From Botryllus schlosseri (Eukaryota), in contig CM119378.1 of NCBI GenBank assembly GCA_051294905.1, positions 2,544,001 through 2,608,000 of the forward strand: a DNA stretch of 64,000 nt, read 5' to 3'. Position numbers and translations under genes: made by a program. Of the stretch, positions 25,485-39,239 are shown piece by piece (the stretch's first letter is position 1; each line of letters starts with the position of its first letter). The notes beneath the pieces were generated by a model. That model worked only from the letters and a program-made list of their open reading frames with translations. It ran no database searches and was not told the DNA's origin.

Positions 25485-26878
25485 TTTTTGTAGGCAGAAC
25501 ATCTGAGAGCCGTTTCTGGGGTTTTTGAAGTTGCTGATTACGAATATCACATTGGTTTTGTCTGATTGGCTCTCTGTCAGATAATATTTATACCCCTAAA
25601 AAAGCCCGAAATTACTGTATTTACCCTTAAATATTTCGCTTGGTAGGAGGAAAATCGTAGTTTTTTCTAATTTTATACTGCGCATAAATGGCTAATTGAC
25701 TATGAAGAACCCTCATGTCATTCTCAGTCATTCTATCAATATTAACATGGCGTGATGCGAAAAATTTGTTTGTCAAAAAAGCAGTTTGTCAAGCCTAAAA
25801 AATTGTACTTTTGCAAATCGTAAATTCATCTTCTCATGTATCAATTGGTCATTCTACCAAGATTATAGAGGAGTATAAAACTATAAAATTTGTCCTTGAA
25901 AGGATTAACTACTATATTCATATGTGTCTCATTGTTTTGACTGGTAAATGGATAATTTTCCACTGAATCAACAAAGTGGGTATACCTAGTAACCCTATCA
26001 AACGAGAAGCTAATCTGGTATCTGGTATATTCGAATACCGATGAAAGATTCCAATTTCACATTAGGAGGAGTTCACAGCATGTAATTTCTCCTAAGATGT
26101 AGTAAATAAAACTTTTTAGCTGATCAAAAAGCACCGAACTACAAACAGTTGGTCCGAAAATTCGTAACTGCATATCGAAAACTTGGAATAAACATGAGCA
26201 TAAAAGTTCACTTCCTGTTCAGTCATCTTGGTATATTTCCAATCATCTTGTTGATTAGCAAGGGTAGAGGTTCTAACAAGACATCGGAACAACAAAAGAA
26301 AGATACCAGGGCAGATGATATGAACCATTGAACATATTATGTCAGACCATTGCCGGAACCTTTCGAGAAACTGCACTAAATAGCTTACTGGCGAAAATCG
26401 TACAAAAAAACAATTTCGATTTAACATATATCAATAATATTATATTCCAACTGATTATTTCAAATTTACAATAAGTGGTTGACGTAAAACTGACTGAACT
26501 AATGCCACGTTATTCGAGTATTTACGTACATACTCATATACATGACTGGAATTTATTTATGTTCATGATATTCCGTGAAAGTATTTCATTATGATAAATC
26601 TAATACCCCTAAATATAGTGCTGTTGCTGTATTTTGCGTTAAAGTATTTTGTGTGCAAAAATAACAAGTAGATTGAATTTCTAAACTTTATAGTAGCCGA
26701 TTTTATATCCAGTCACTACCGCGAAAATGGGAGATTTTGGTCAAAATAGCCCCATGGGTTATCTCCACAACAAGAGCCAATTTGAAAAAAACTAAGGTCA
26801 TATTCCGAATCAGTGCCGTTCAGAACCCCCAAAACCACTCTTACTTTGTCTGCCTAAAAATATGTGTTGACCAGTGTA
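25485..26878 (+). mobile_element. Tc1/mariner-type (m44-like) element with transposase relic
   Basis: LGINMSIKVHFLFSHL then, frameshifted, QG*RF*QDIG..ERYQGR. Terminus gttgaccagtgta. Related termini at ~3221-3232, 18186, 18512, 60819, 61143. Left boundary approximate. Confidence 0.7.
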
Positions 26879-29437
26879 ATCTTTCAGCTATTAACATGTC
26901 CGCATATCCCCAATATCGATTCACCAGCCGCTGAAAAGCCTGGTAATAGGTATCGTGCGCAGCTTATAGTTCAAATTAAATGAAATTTAAGATCACGATA
27001 TTTCATATTTTATATGTAGGCTCACTTCCTTAATAGAATATTACGTCATTTGTCGTAACCAATCCCATCGCCCATGTAAGTGAGCACGGTGTTATAAAGC
27101 TTTAAAACATGGTTGCTCAACTGTGTGTAGGTGATTTTTTCTCGATATTACATTAAGCTAATATTGCAGTCATGCCTACGAGTTCTCGAGCAGCAGCCTT
27201 AAGATGAGGAAAACGATTTTCTCCTTTCCAGTAACTCAAAACGTCGCAGTCCGTGATCTCATGCTCTGCTTCGAAATCTCTTTCCACTTCGTTCTCTAAT
27301 ATCTTTGCTTCAGTTGGACCTAAAACAACCATCCTCTTTTTACTTGATGTAGTTATGGGCATGAAAGTGAACAAGCCTGTGTTAACTGTCTCTTTTTCTT
27401 CGCTGATGTACTGTTTGTGATGGAAACTAGAATGTTGTTTGGAGACTACAAGCTACTATGCCAGCATGGCTATTGTTCGTCACGATAAATACCATATGAT
27501 GGTACGGTGTATGTAGTAATGCGATGGCGCCTTAGCACTGGATTTCCCTATGCGCGAGGGATATTCTTTTTACATCGCTGCAAAATGCCGCGGACAAAGA
27601 GGCATTTTAAGGAAAACAATAAATTAGATTAGAACTAAAACTAGAGCATAGAAGCATTTGACAAATTAGATTATAATTAGAATTAGAGCATAGAAACATT
27701 TCACAAATTAGATTAGAATTAGATTACTAGCATTTGGCTCAAATTTAGTGAAATTAGACAACTAGGATCATCTAGTTGTCCAATTCTGTTCCACAGACAT
27801 GATGTCGGATCTCTACGAGATATGTTTAGGATCACTATTCTAGTCTGTGATTTCGTAGGTGTAATCGAAGATATATTTATTCAAAAAGTATAAAACAACG
27901 ACAACTGAAGCAGCAACGTTCAAACTACACCGCAGCCCTCACGCTTCTCCCCGTCAATACCTAAAGCAGTCGCGATGCACTTATTTGTGCCATGGTTCAC
28001 AGGACGCGCATCACAATACCACATTCTCCCCTGATCTAAAGATCATAATAAGCTTACAGTTACAATGGTAACCCAAAGACAGCAACATAACTAAGCAAGC
28101 ATGGAACCCCAGCCAAGGTAAAATAAACAATCATAAAGCAACACATAGACGATCCACCATCCTGGCGGGGCCATTTCTCGAATAAAGCCGATGTTTGATT
28201 AGGGTTCAGGGCTGTAATACCCCCTGCCCTCGTTGGCGACCATTTCTCTTTGACTGTTATCTTCAGGCGGTTCAGTTTTCATGATCGACCACTGCCTAAG
28301 GTACCATATTCGACATGCGCGCATGGATTTTCACGGTCATTCGCAAAATGATAACTAAAAATGGCAATTGATGATCTTTACGGTACCGTACCATATTCTT
28401 TACGGATACGAGGATTTCCGCGGTTATTCAGAAAATGGTAATAGTTTACAAAAGCGCGTAAACCCGAGAAATAGTTGAAAAAAAAGCACGTAAACTGGGG
28501 AGGGGTCCCTCGAAAGCGCGTAAATCAACCAGGGGGCCCTGGGCGACCGCCTACCTCGCCTACCTCAAAAGCCACCACTTCACATAAGATAACCAATTGA
28601 ATACTATACACGTTCGACATCCGACCCGCGGTCGCACGTCTCACCGTTTGCAAAAGATTTGACCATTAAACAACCATAACAATTTACAGTGTAGCTGGTT
28701 GCTATTGCTATGATAGAACAATACCGTTCATTTTCAATTTCATTGTAGCGTAGAATACTACCCAGATGTTACAAGCAATAATCCGTAAATTTAGTAAAGT
28801 GAGGATATATGTTCCTATCATACGGACTCTATGGTCGTTCACAATGCCTCGTTATGTTATGTCAGCTTATAACGAGTAGGCGATAGTTGTTTTAACCGAA
28901 TTTAAATATATATTGAAGTATGGCGAAGTTACTCGCTCCAACACATTTCGTTGGTAGAGTGTTAAATGCTTCAACTCAGCTATAACAACGTTCTCCCTGT
29001 TAGTAGGGTTACCATATTTCGGAAATCTGAAAAGAGGACACTTTTTCATAATTTCTAAACTTGCAAAAACATTGTGTTCGGTTGACTAAAAAAAAGACAA
29101 TTTTCCTTCACACTGTCGGAAAAGAGGACAAAATCTCAAAACAGAGGACAAAAGGGCGTCCTCCGAGGACGCTTTCAAAACATTCTAAAAAGAGGACAAA
29201 TTCTCTTAAAGGAGAACGTATGGTAACCCTACCTCTCAGCCAACACAATCTACACACGCGGGGAACTATACGCGACATAACGGTGTTACGATGTCAATCC
29301 AAGTCGATATCATGTACGACGAAATCAAATAATGCATACACAAAGATCAGCGTACAGCACTCTGTGAATGGAAAAGAGGTGTAGTGATCAGATTTCACCC
29401 ATGGCGAGCGGTGTAACCTAAATCGAGCAAAGAGCAT

Positions 29438-29995
29438 TTGTTTGTTTGTTTGTTTGTTTTGCGTCTTCTGGTATCAAATCCATTCTTGTGAAAATGAGAC
29501 AAATACGGGTTTATGGGTTTACGGGTTCATGTAGAAGTGTAGTGGGTTCTGATTACGCGCACCACCTCCATACATTTAGGGATGAAGGCCAAAAATATAG
29601 ATCAAGTCATAGATATGCGAATTTTGCACTGGCTGGATTTTCTGCGGATTAGAAAGGTAGATTAGTAAGATTCTGCCAGAACCGACTGATTATAGACAGC
29701 TGCTTCTTAATCCTGCTCGCCACCGGGATTAAAGTCCGGATTAAGGCACACAAGTATAGAAATTTGGCGAAGTTTGTTATAGTTAGGACATAGTAGATTT
29801 GATTTGCTTATCTGAGGTTCGTTGTCAAGATGGTGAAAATTGCATGTTGACGATATTTTGTTACCGGTACTCAATTGTCCATCTCTTTATTGACTGATGA
29901 CCATGTTATTACAGATTGTTTGTTGATAATTGCATAGAAAGTATGGAATAAATGAGTTTAGACGTCCTCTAGTAGTTCTATAAAATGGAGCCCCG
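29438..29995 (-). mobile_element. LINE 3' end (CR1/Rex-like) with (aaac)n tail
   Basis: Minus PFYRTTRGRLNSFIPYFL followed by a UTR and an (aaac)n terminus. Confidence 0.6.
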
Positions 29996-30010
29996 TGAAG
30001 TTAGGTAATA

Positions 30011-30070
30011 TATCACAAATACCGATGTAATTTATCACAAATACCGATGTAATTTATCACAAATACCGAT
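30011..30070. repeat. 22-bp tandem repeat, ~2.7 copies
   Basis: Unit tatcacaaataccgatgtaatt. Confidence 0.9.
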
Positions 30071-30269
30071 ATATAATATGATTGCAGGCGAACTATAATG
30101 TAGCACAAGTAGGAAAAGGATTGACATACATGTCGGTATAGAAGCGGGACAGCCGTGGCGTCACAGTTAATATAATAACCAAACGATCATCGTCTCCTAC
30201 TCGTTACATGTAATCTACAACAACTTCCAACGGACCTTCATGTACTACTGAGCAATCCTTTAATGATAC

Positions 30270-30410
30270 ATCCGTTAATTGATTATGTGCTATTGACCGG
30301 AAGGGGAATATAACCTCTATCAACCCCCCACTAAGGCCTGGCGCACAAAGCCCTAGCTGCTGAGCGCTATAATACCCCATACCCACCCACCTACCCACAT
30401 CATCGATTGG
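30270..30410 (+). mobile_element. RNase H LINE family extreme 3' end fragment
   Basis: attgaccggaag...gcacaaagcc.tagc.gct...acccacccac shared with 46890-47010 and, more weakly, 8370-8480. Confidence 0.6.
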
Positions 30411-32109
30411 GACCTGTAATTCTTGGATTTGGGTACGATGATGAATGTTTAGCAACTATGGCTAACTGGTGCTATTTAAAATTTGGACTGTTGTGTATGT
30501 TTTACTGTTCAAAATTTAGAATAACTATGCAACAAGAGTTTTATGCTATAAAAATAACAAAAGGGTTATATAAATCTCTTTCATTTGGTAAAAACAAAAG
30601 TGAAATTAGATGCAGGTTGATGACATCATAAAATAGAAAATACATGACCAAGTTAAATGGCCGATTGATGCGATGAGGAAGTTAGCTGAATTTATGTACC
30701 GATATCGGAAGCTAGGAAATATGGCAAGAAGTTAATCGTCACTCATTAAATATTAGATAGTACGTTGGTCGTCGTCATTCTTGGCTTAGCGCGAATCTAA
30801 ACATTGGACGAATAATTCCGGACCTTTTTGGATTCGGGAATAGGATAGTGTTCGGGCATATTAGAAGTTTAAAGTCGAAACTTCAAATGTCAATGTAATG
30901 GTATTAAATGAACCGTGTACTTGTCAGTAGAAACATCATGAGCGCGCAATTTGTTGTATTAATTCTAAAGATGTTTTTGACCAGTTCCGAAACGGAAGAC
31001 TTGAAACCGAACATATTTCGGAAATGATTAAAATACGTTTTTATAGTACGAGGAGCTCATCATTATGGATTAGGAGTATCAAGATATTACCCAAAATGAT
31101 ATTTGCCCAAAATGTATAATTGTAGTCAGTAGTCTTGACGCATTGCATTAACGTTCGAATGTCATTTTATTAGTAAAAATCAACGTTGAGATGAGATATC
31201 GAAATGACATATACTTCAAAACCGAGTTATTAAGCTCTGTTTTATGGTATCTTTATATGACCCTTTTAATGCATGTCGGAATGAAGATTTCATGCATGAT
31301 ACATGATATATATTTGTGTCAAGCAATAGTGGCTACTCGTCCTGTACCATTATTCGCATTTTGTGAACACTTATTAATCGCGTATTTTGGTTATATGGTG
31401 ATATACTTGTTTTAATGTAAGTAGCATATAATGCATTGTATTTCTTGAGTTACATATCTTGCACTCCAAAGATTAGATTGGAGATGAGGCACGGTAATTG
31501 AAAAGTGAATGGCGTAATTTAATATTTGAACTGTAAATTCTTGTATGCTTCACTGCATTAATTGAACATCCGTAATATACCAATATGGGAACATGCATGC
31601 CTTTAAATATGAGGAAGGCATATATCTGTTGGCGATAGCCGTATAGATTATGGATTGCTGTTTATGTATACCGTACAGCTTTCGTTGAAGTTGAAACTAA
31701 CTGCCACGACGGCCCATAAGACGCCATTTCACACATGGATCGTTGTCAAACAGCACAGATGTGATTAAAAATAATTACGACAGAGTGTAGGCTATAAGGT
31801 CGTAGGCAGATAACTATTCTTAAAGAAGGCCATTAGCAAAATTAGGTGATCTTTTTGGCAACTAACTACCGATAGGTAGGTGATTAGTAAAAACTACCCT
31901 ATCTATATACAACACAAAGCTGACACGCTTGTTATGGGTAACAAAGGTGTCTGAAGCGAATGCGAAGGATTAGCCTATGTGGCTATTTCCGGTTTGTCTG
32001 TAATTGTTACATACATGCAAATATTCTTTCGCTTTATAATGATGGCGCCACCATTTTCCGTGTCTGTGAACTTTTACAGTGAAATGGCGTTGCAGTGAAT
32101 TGGCAATAT

Positions 32110-34452
32110 ATGTACTGTATGTATTATATAATATTCGTCACATCATACCCACATATTGCGCACTCGGTAGAGGTAATTCAACTAAGCCAAGGCAAAAACA
32201 TTACTCTCGAAACAGCGAGTATCGAAAGAGGAATCCGGTATCAGACTACATTATCCTGAAAGGATATTAACGATAGCATTTGAAGAGATTCAGCGTCTTT
32301 TGGGGATTGCAGCGTGATGTTCGGATGTTCGGATGTCCACTCGAAAGGCAGTACACGATATATGAGATCGTGTACAGCTTGGATGAAAGGTGCCGGAAGT
32401 GCTCTATGAAATTGAAGATCCGAATTTGGGACGAGCCAAAACAGTACGAAAAACGCCGGACGAAACTCCACGAACTGTTAGAATTTCCTCTCCACCAAGA
32501 GATGCGAAGGTATATTTGGTACTAAAGGAAGATACTGGCGCCTCAACTATATTATTGAATGAGTATTTACATCTGAAAGTTTGGAAGACTCTTTTAAACG
32601 GTCCAGTGCGATTTGGGTGTTGGCTGCTGCTGTGTAAGTTGTTAATGAGGTAATATCGGTAGCAAGTATAGAACCCCGTTTTGCACTCTGCTCAATACCA
32701 ACGTAGAAATACTCAGACGCCGAATACATTGCCGGTCTGGCCTAGACCGTTCAAGCGTAAGTTTATATTCCCTTGCACATCCTCGTCGAAAATGTTGGCA
32801 AAGCGACGGAAGATACGGATTTTATGGGAATAAAACGTCAATATATACTTCAGCCTTGTGGCATTATGTGGCCCGACTCGTCGCTAGATATGGTGTACAT
32901 TAATACAGGCTATCTTTTCACAAAAATGTAGCGTTGACATTACTAATATGACGTCACGTGACGTCACGAGGTTCACGTTCGTGTTCACACAGAACCTTTC
33001 AAAAAGGTTCGCGTTCACACGAACCTGAACCTTTTAGAGGTTCACACCATCCCTAATGAACAGTCCTTATGTATTTCCGATTGAACAACAGAATCCTGTT
33101 TCAGAGCAGCAATCTGAGCGTCGGAAAAGTACAGTTGATATCTATCAAATCTTAACCATTGTATTGGGGAGTCTGCTGCTTATCACGGTCATCATGCTAA
33201 TATCATCTGTGGCAAGGTAAGTAATATTCATTATCTTCACAGGTCTTCATCATCAACATTTTTATCATCCCCTCGACCAATTCAAGATTTTAGCAGAGTT
33301 GCAATACTGTGAAAAGAATGGTTGGGGTCGAAACCACTTGGCCAAGTCAATCACAGTAATCATGATCATAATAAGCGATTTCTATTATATTCATCCACTG
33401 AAGACCCATACACACACGCAATGCACAAGGCAATACCCACGACCAAAACATAATGAGATGTAATGAACTGAAACAAGGATGCAAGACTCCGTAAGAACAG
33501 CAACTCACATCACGCTTATCCAAGATTACACAGCTCTGTTCCAAGAGGCACATGAGATTTGAGGCTTTTCACGGAAGCTAAATTTGCGAGGAGTCATACA
33601 TTTTTAATAGTAACGACGGCATGCAACACGACAAACGAGGACAAAGCAGTTTTTGAAGAGCAATGTTCATGTTCATACGACCTCGACTCCAAACTCCAGT
33701 GTTGGCGGTTTATCTTAATCTCCTCACCATTTGATCCACATAAGCGATGTCTTAATGATGCCTAGAAGCGGGCCGTGCTACAAGTCGGGGATACAGAATA
33801 GTAATAAAGAATATCGGCATGGTGTAAAGTGACCAATGTAGTCGAAAAACCTACAACACCAAATCATAACGACATTTTCCGCCTGCCATTCAGGCAGGAA
33901 CTCGCTACGCGTCAACGCCGTCATGACCTCGAAGAAATGCGGCATAATCCTATCTATTCATCACATCGCATTGTGTCTTGTGTGTATTGTACATTGTGTG
34001 TCTTGATCGGATGGAAATAGTAAAAATCGCTGATTACGGGATGATGATATCGCACAGCATCTCGTACCAGCGCAAGCTTACAGTGCGCTTTACTGCTATT
34101 CTAAGTAGAAATGGACGTTGTAAAGTGTACTTCACTTATAGAAGTCCTTCGGATAAGTGTGTGTCATAACTCACTTAGCATCTCGATCTCGAGTTGTTCT
34201 GAATTTATAAGATATTAATCGGATTAATGCATGAGAAATGAATATGAGATACTGCACGTAGTCCGCTTACATGGTATATAAAGATATAGCCTCACGAATT
34301 TAATTTGAAATCGAAACAGCAGGCGAAGGCTGAAGCTTCCGGAAAGCACGGTGGACGGAGCGGACAAGTCGGAAGATTATGCGACTATGACTAATACCAT
34401 CACCACAGACGAGTTCAAAGAAACCCGATTCAATGAGCTCTATCACATATAA
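32110..34452 (+). pseudogene. Type I membrane receptor pseudogene A (signal peptide, Ig-like relic, TM, Tyr-motif tail)
   Basis: MYCMYYIIFVTSYPHIAHS-VEVIQLSQGKNITL with stops and a frameshift, disrupted by a MITE (~32570-33055). TM exon ~33064-33216 (ILTIVLGSLLLITVIMLISSVA, donor gtaagt). Tail exon 34320-34452 (RRRLKL...EDYATM...FNELYHI*). Confidence 0.7.
32570..33055 (-). mobile_element. Half copy of the 'tagggatgg' MITE inside receptor pseudogene A
   Basis: Ends gttcacaccatcccta. Other terminus is missing. Confidence 0.85.
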
Positions 34453-35544
34453 TGTGATAAATCCGACAGTGTTTGGTGTCGAGCGGAATTGATATCAACG
34501 CGAATGTAAAAAAGCCTCGTCCGGAGCGTAACTATGTAACGAGTTCGGGCGTAGCCAGGACGCAAATTCAAGAGGAGATTTTCCAGCTATAGCGCGATGA
34601 CACCGCCATACTGAGACTACAAGAATATGACGTCGCAATATCCAAAAGCGGAGGAGCTCCTACCAAGATCATAAATTCACCTGCGACCGGAGACGAAGTG
34701 GACTCAATACCTCCCTTTCGTTATCCCAAATTTTAGAAGACACGAGCGAATATTATTTTGAAAAATGTCCAATCGACGATTTCAAAGAACAGAGCCAATG
34801 CACGAGCCTAGCGTATCCGTTGCCTCAATTGTAATTAATAATCAAGTGTCATAGGCTATATGTGTGTAAGGGTACAAAATGTGATACATGTTCCATTGGA
34901 AGATATCTGATCAGCTCGATACTGGCTGGGCAAAAATTATTTCGTAAATACCATCATTTCGCTTGCAACTTCTATCTGTGTGCAGTGCAGTACAATACAC
35001 ATATAATGCTAATTAAATTACAAGTTAAAGTGTGATTACCTTTAAGTAATAAGTAGCCTACCTGAGACTTTTATAAACTGAAAAGAGCACAATGCCAAAC
35101 ACGACTATGCGCGCACAACTAAAGGTACCGAGAAAGGCTAAATTATAGGAGCGGTACAATATATAACAGACAAGATCGCTAATCAAGTAATAATATTGGC
35201 TAACTAAATATAAAGGACGACACAATCGGGCACAAGAATTCACCACATACAGTTTTCGCAGTTGTTTACTGCAACATAAATCTTACTGGACATACAAATC
35301 TTACAAAATCCACTGTTGTAAAGCATATTGGATAAAGGGTGGAGAAGCTAGCTTTTCCGCGGAAGAATGCTGATATCGTCTGATTAAAACCGACGCCCGA
35401 CCGCCACCACTTTACGCTAACTCCCGCGCACAACCCCGGTATCTCTTTTAGGGATTCAAAATTCCAATAGAAAGATGGGATAGAATCTATGAGATTACTT
35501 GAAATACACGAAAACCATCGAGTTCTTGAGTATATACCCATTAC

Positions 35545-36842
35545 CAGGCCGTGTTATTTTTGGCATATGCCAAAACTGCCAAAAATAACTTATTTTTGGC
35601 ATTTTTCGATTTTTATTTTTGGCAGTTTTGGCATCGTCCTCTAAATAGATAGTTTCAGCTTCGAATTAGTCACAAAAACGCTTTATTTGGGCTAGTTTGT
35701 CAAAAGACACCACAAAATGTGCAGCATCCACGTACAATGAGTGCCAACAAACAATAAGAAGAAGAAAAAACCTAACGATTTCATAGGTTAATAATATCAA
35801 ACGAAACCACAAAATGTGCATTATCCATCGGAATCGGTGCCAATAAGCAAAAAAAAAGAAAGAAAAGCCTAACAAACACGCTCAACAGCTGATTGTTACA
35901 GCTGTTGAATAGACTTAAATCGATTGCACTGTATCTGGGAAATATCGGCTTCAACAGTAGCCGTTGAGGGAAAGAATGTTGCCAGTCATCCACAAAAGGT
36001 TTTCAGAGCTGCAAAATCTTTGGTGGGCCGAACCGGCTTCCATGCATCATGAAAAGAGATCACTTCGCCAGTGCCATCGATCTCATCGCGGACAGAATTT
36101 TCTTCCCGATCCTTTCCAGGAGTTTCATGTGTTGTCTCTCAACACATTCTATTAAGTAGCCCGACTATCGTTTCTCCTTCAGTCTACCGATATATTTTCG
36201 GAGGACTTTTGTCACTTCAGGTGGCTTTAATATTACCAACTCGCGTGGAAGAGTCCTGGGAAGGTTAGCTTGTTTAAGAACATTGACGCAACAAGACTGT
36301 CTGGTAAAACGAGACTATGCAGCTCAGAAATAGCCAGACAGTTTGTTGCGTCACAATGTTCAACTCGATCACAATGCAAAAATCGTGGTTGATTTTGGGG
36401 GTTCCAGTTCCATGAGCAGAATATAATTTATATTTTAATAATCAGTACTGCGGCAGCTTCTCATTGATACCCGTTTTATCAAATTTAGCGCTCGACGAGC
36501 CGGTCAAAAATGGTCGTGAAATTGCCTTTGCACAGATGGAAAGTATGACGTAAACCAAATGCAGTCAGCCGTCCAATCTCGCTGTGCCCACACCATTTAG
36601 GACACCATGCTTTCACCCCTAATGGGTGGGCTGGACCCAGATTAAGAAACCTGGCTTTCACAAACGCTCTTCCCGCTTGTAACGCGGTCCTGTTACTACA
36701 ACACCATGAACGAAATACACTATTTGGCAGGCCGTGTTATTTTTGGCATATGCCAAAAATTGCTTATTTTTGGCATTTTCAAATTTTTATTTTTGGCAGT
36801 TTTGGCATCTGGCTCCTGAAATGCCAAAAATAACACGGCCTG
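35545..36842 (-). mobile_element. 'caggccgtgtt' hAT element copy 2 (inverted, small internal deletion)
   Basis: TIRs and perfect 8-bp TSD cccattac. Confidence 0.93.
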
Positions 36843-37130
36843 CCCATTACCCTCGTTCTGACGGTGACCAGCTCAGTTCACTTTCAGTTGCGTATAGTTA
36901 TACCGAAGCGAGTGTTCGTAATTCACAGTAAGAAAGACAATGATTCACATGAAATGAAAACATAGCCAATAATGTCATCAACATGTTATCAAACCGCTAC
37001 ATGCAGGAATACAACATTGGGCAGCAAAGTGAACACTTGCAACCGGAAAGGCGTTTAGCATGGTTGCAATAGTTTATGGGGATATCGCTGAATTGCTTTC
37101 TGCTATAGCATACCTGGCGTTGACTATATT

Positions 37131-38486
37131 CAGGCCGTGTTATTTTTGGCATTTCAGGAGCCAGATGCCAAAACTGCCAAAAATAAAAATTTGAAAATGC
37201 CAAAAATAAGCAATTTTTGGCATATGCCAAAATAACACGGCCTGTCAAATAGTGCATTTCGTTCATGGTGTTGTGTTAACAGGACCGCGTTACAAGCGAG
37301 AAGAGCGTTTGTGAAAGGCAGGTTTTTTAATCTGGGTCCAGCCCACCCATTAGGGGTGAAAGCATGGTGTCCTAAATGGTGTGGGCACAGCGAGATTGAA
37401 CGGCTGACTGCATTTGGTTTACGTCATACTTTCCATTTGTCCTAAGGCCATTTACGACCATTTTTGACCGGCTTGTCGAGCGCTAAATTTGATAAAACAG
37501 GTATCAATGAGAAGCTGCCGCAGTACTGATTATTAAATTATAAATTATATTCTGCTCATGGAACTGGAACCCCCAAAATCAACTACGATTTTTGCATTGT
37601 GATCGAGTTGAACATTGTGACGCAACAAACTGTCTGGCTATTTCTGAGCTGCATAGTCTCGTTTTGCCAGACAGACTTGTTGCGTCAATGTTCTTAAACA
37701 AGCTAACCTTCCCAGGACTCTTCCATGCGAGTTAGTAATATTAAAGCCACCTGAAGTGACAAAAGTCCTCCGAAAATATACCGGTAGACTGAAGGAGAAA
37801 TGATAGTCGGGCTACTAAATAGAATGTGTTGAGAGACAGCACAGGAAACTCCTGGAAAAGGATCGGGAAGAAAATTCTTTCCGCAATGAGATCGTTGGCA
37901 CTGGCGAAGTGATCTCTTTTCATGATGCATGAAAGCCGGTTCGGCCCTCCAAAGATTTTGAAGCTCTGAAAACCTTTTGTGGATGACTGGCAACATTCTT
38001 TCCCTCAACGGCTACTGTTGAAGCCGATATTTCCCAGATTCGCTGGGCGAGAAATGAATTTAGGAGAAACTTAGCTGACCTAAGTTTGGAAGCACTGTTA
38101 CAGTGCAAACGATTGAAGTCTATTCAACAGCTGTAACAATCAGCTGTTGAGCGTGTTTGTTAGGCTTTTCTTTCTTTTTTCTGCTTATTGGCACCGATTT
38201 CGACGGATACTGCACATTTTGTGGTTTCGTTTGATATTATTAACCTATGACATCGTTAGGTTTTCTCTTCTTCTTATTGTTTATTGGCACTGAGTATACG
38301 TGGATGCTGCACATTTTGTGGTGTCATTTGACAAACTAGCCCGAATAAAGCGTTTTTGTGACTAATTCGAGGCTGAAACTATCTATTTAGAGGACGATGC
38401 CAAAACTGCCAAAAATAAAAATCGAAAAATGCCAAAAATAAGTTATTTTTGGCTGTTTTGGCATATGCTAAAAATAACACGGCCTG
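37131..38486 (+). mobile_element. 'caggccgtgtt' hAT element copy 3
   Basis: TIRs, perfect TSD actatatt, transposase relic at ~37700-38135. Confidence 0.93.
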
Positions 38487-39239
38487 ACTATATTGGATGA
38501 TATTTGCATATTATCTTAAATTCATGCCGGCATATATGTAGGGTAGGAAGCAGTGATTCACAAACTGTGCGACTTGCTGTGCTCTCAAGACTCTATAATC
38601 AGTCCATCTGGTGTTGGCTTATTCATTGCTACGCATGTATTGTTTCGCTTTGTTAATTCAATGTCGTGTCAATATTCTGAATGACTGGTTTATAAATATA
38701 GCTTGTTTCGCCAATTTTCTCAATGTAACTCGATGGTTATTTCTCATAAATCTGGGGTTAATTTGTTGGTTGCACTCTAATTCTGGACTCATTTTGGAAT
38801 GTAATCCATACACAGCGTAAGCTCATTTTGATTATCACGTTAACTCATTTCTGTTGGTCAAACACAATTCCATGACGTCGCATCATTGTTGAAAATATTT
38901 GCATCTGACTTCCTCATTCCGGATCAACCCAACATGGTATGGTCACATACGATGGAAGCAAAGTTAGTTCCTCAAGAAAAGTTATTTCCTCTATCATAAA
39001 ATGGATTCCGTATATTTAAAATAGACGCTAGACTGCGTGATTGACAATGTGTAGGAGTAGGTCAGGGGATGAGGTTTACGATAATACTGTTGAATTTCAT
39101 TGCTCCTTGAATATCATGAGTGCAAGCTGAATATACGATTGATTTGAGTTTCTGTTCATATTTCACGCGATTTATTCAACTCCAATTTCAAAATTTTGTT
39201 AGCCTTAAAGAAGACTGCAACATCATCATCATCACGTAT

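Larger units (their letters stand above)
23655..27788 (-). mobile_element. hAT element with transposase relic and several nested insertions
   Basis: Ends cagacttgga / tccaattctg, perfect TSD ttccacag, aattag arrays. Minus-strand DVLSYWKGENRFPHLKAAAREL (hAT C-terminal dimerization domain) within 27153-27374. Confidence 0.85.
35250..39000 (-). pseudogene. Possible decayed multi-Ig-domain gene interrupted by two hAT elements
   Basis: Scattered minus-strand Ig-like motifs in mixed frames: LPSYVTIPCWVDP, NTCVAMNK, LNAFPVASVHF, WFSCISSNLID. Confidence 0.35.

Noticed and set aside
32255..32285. TGA recoded as Trp or Sec in the Ig-like relics
   Set aside because: The same regions also contain TAA/TAG stops and frameshifts, and the intact genes use TGA as their stop codon.
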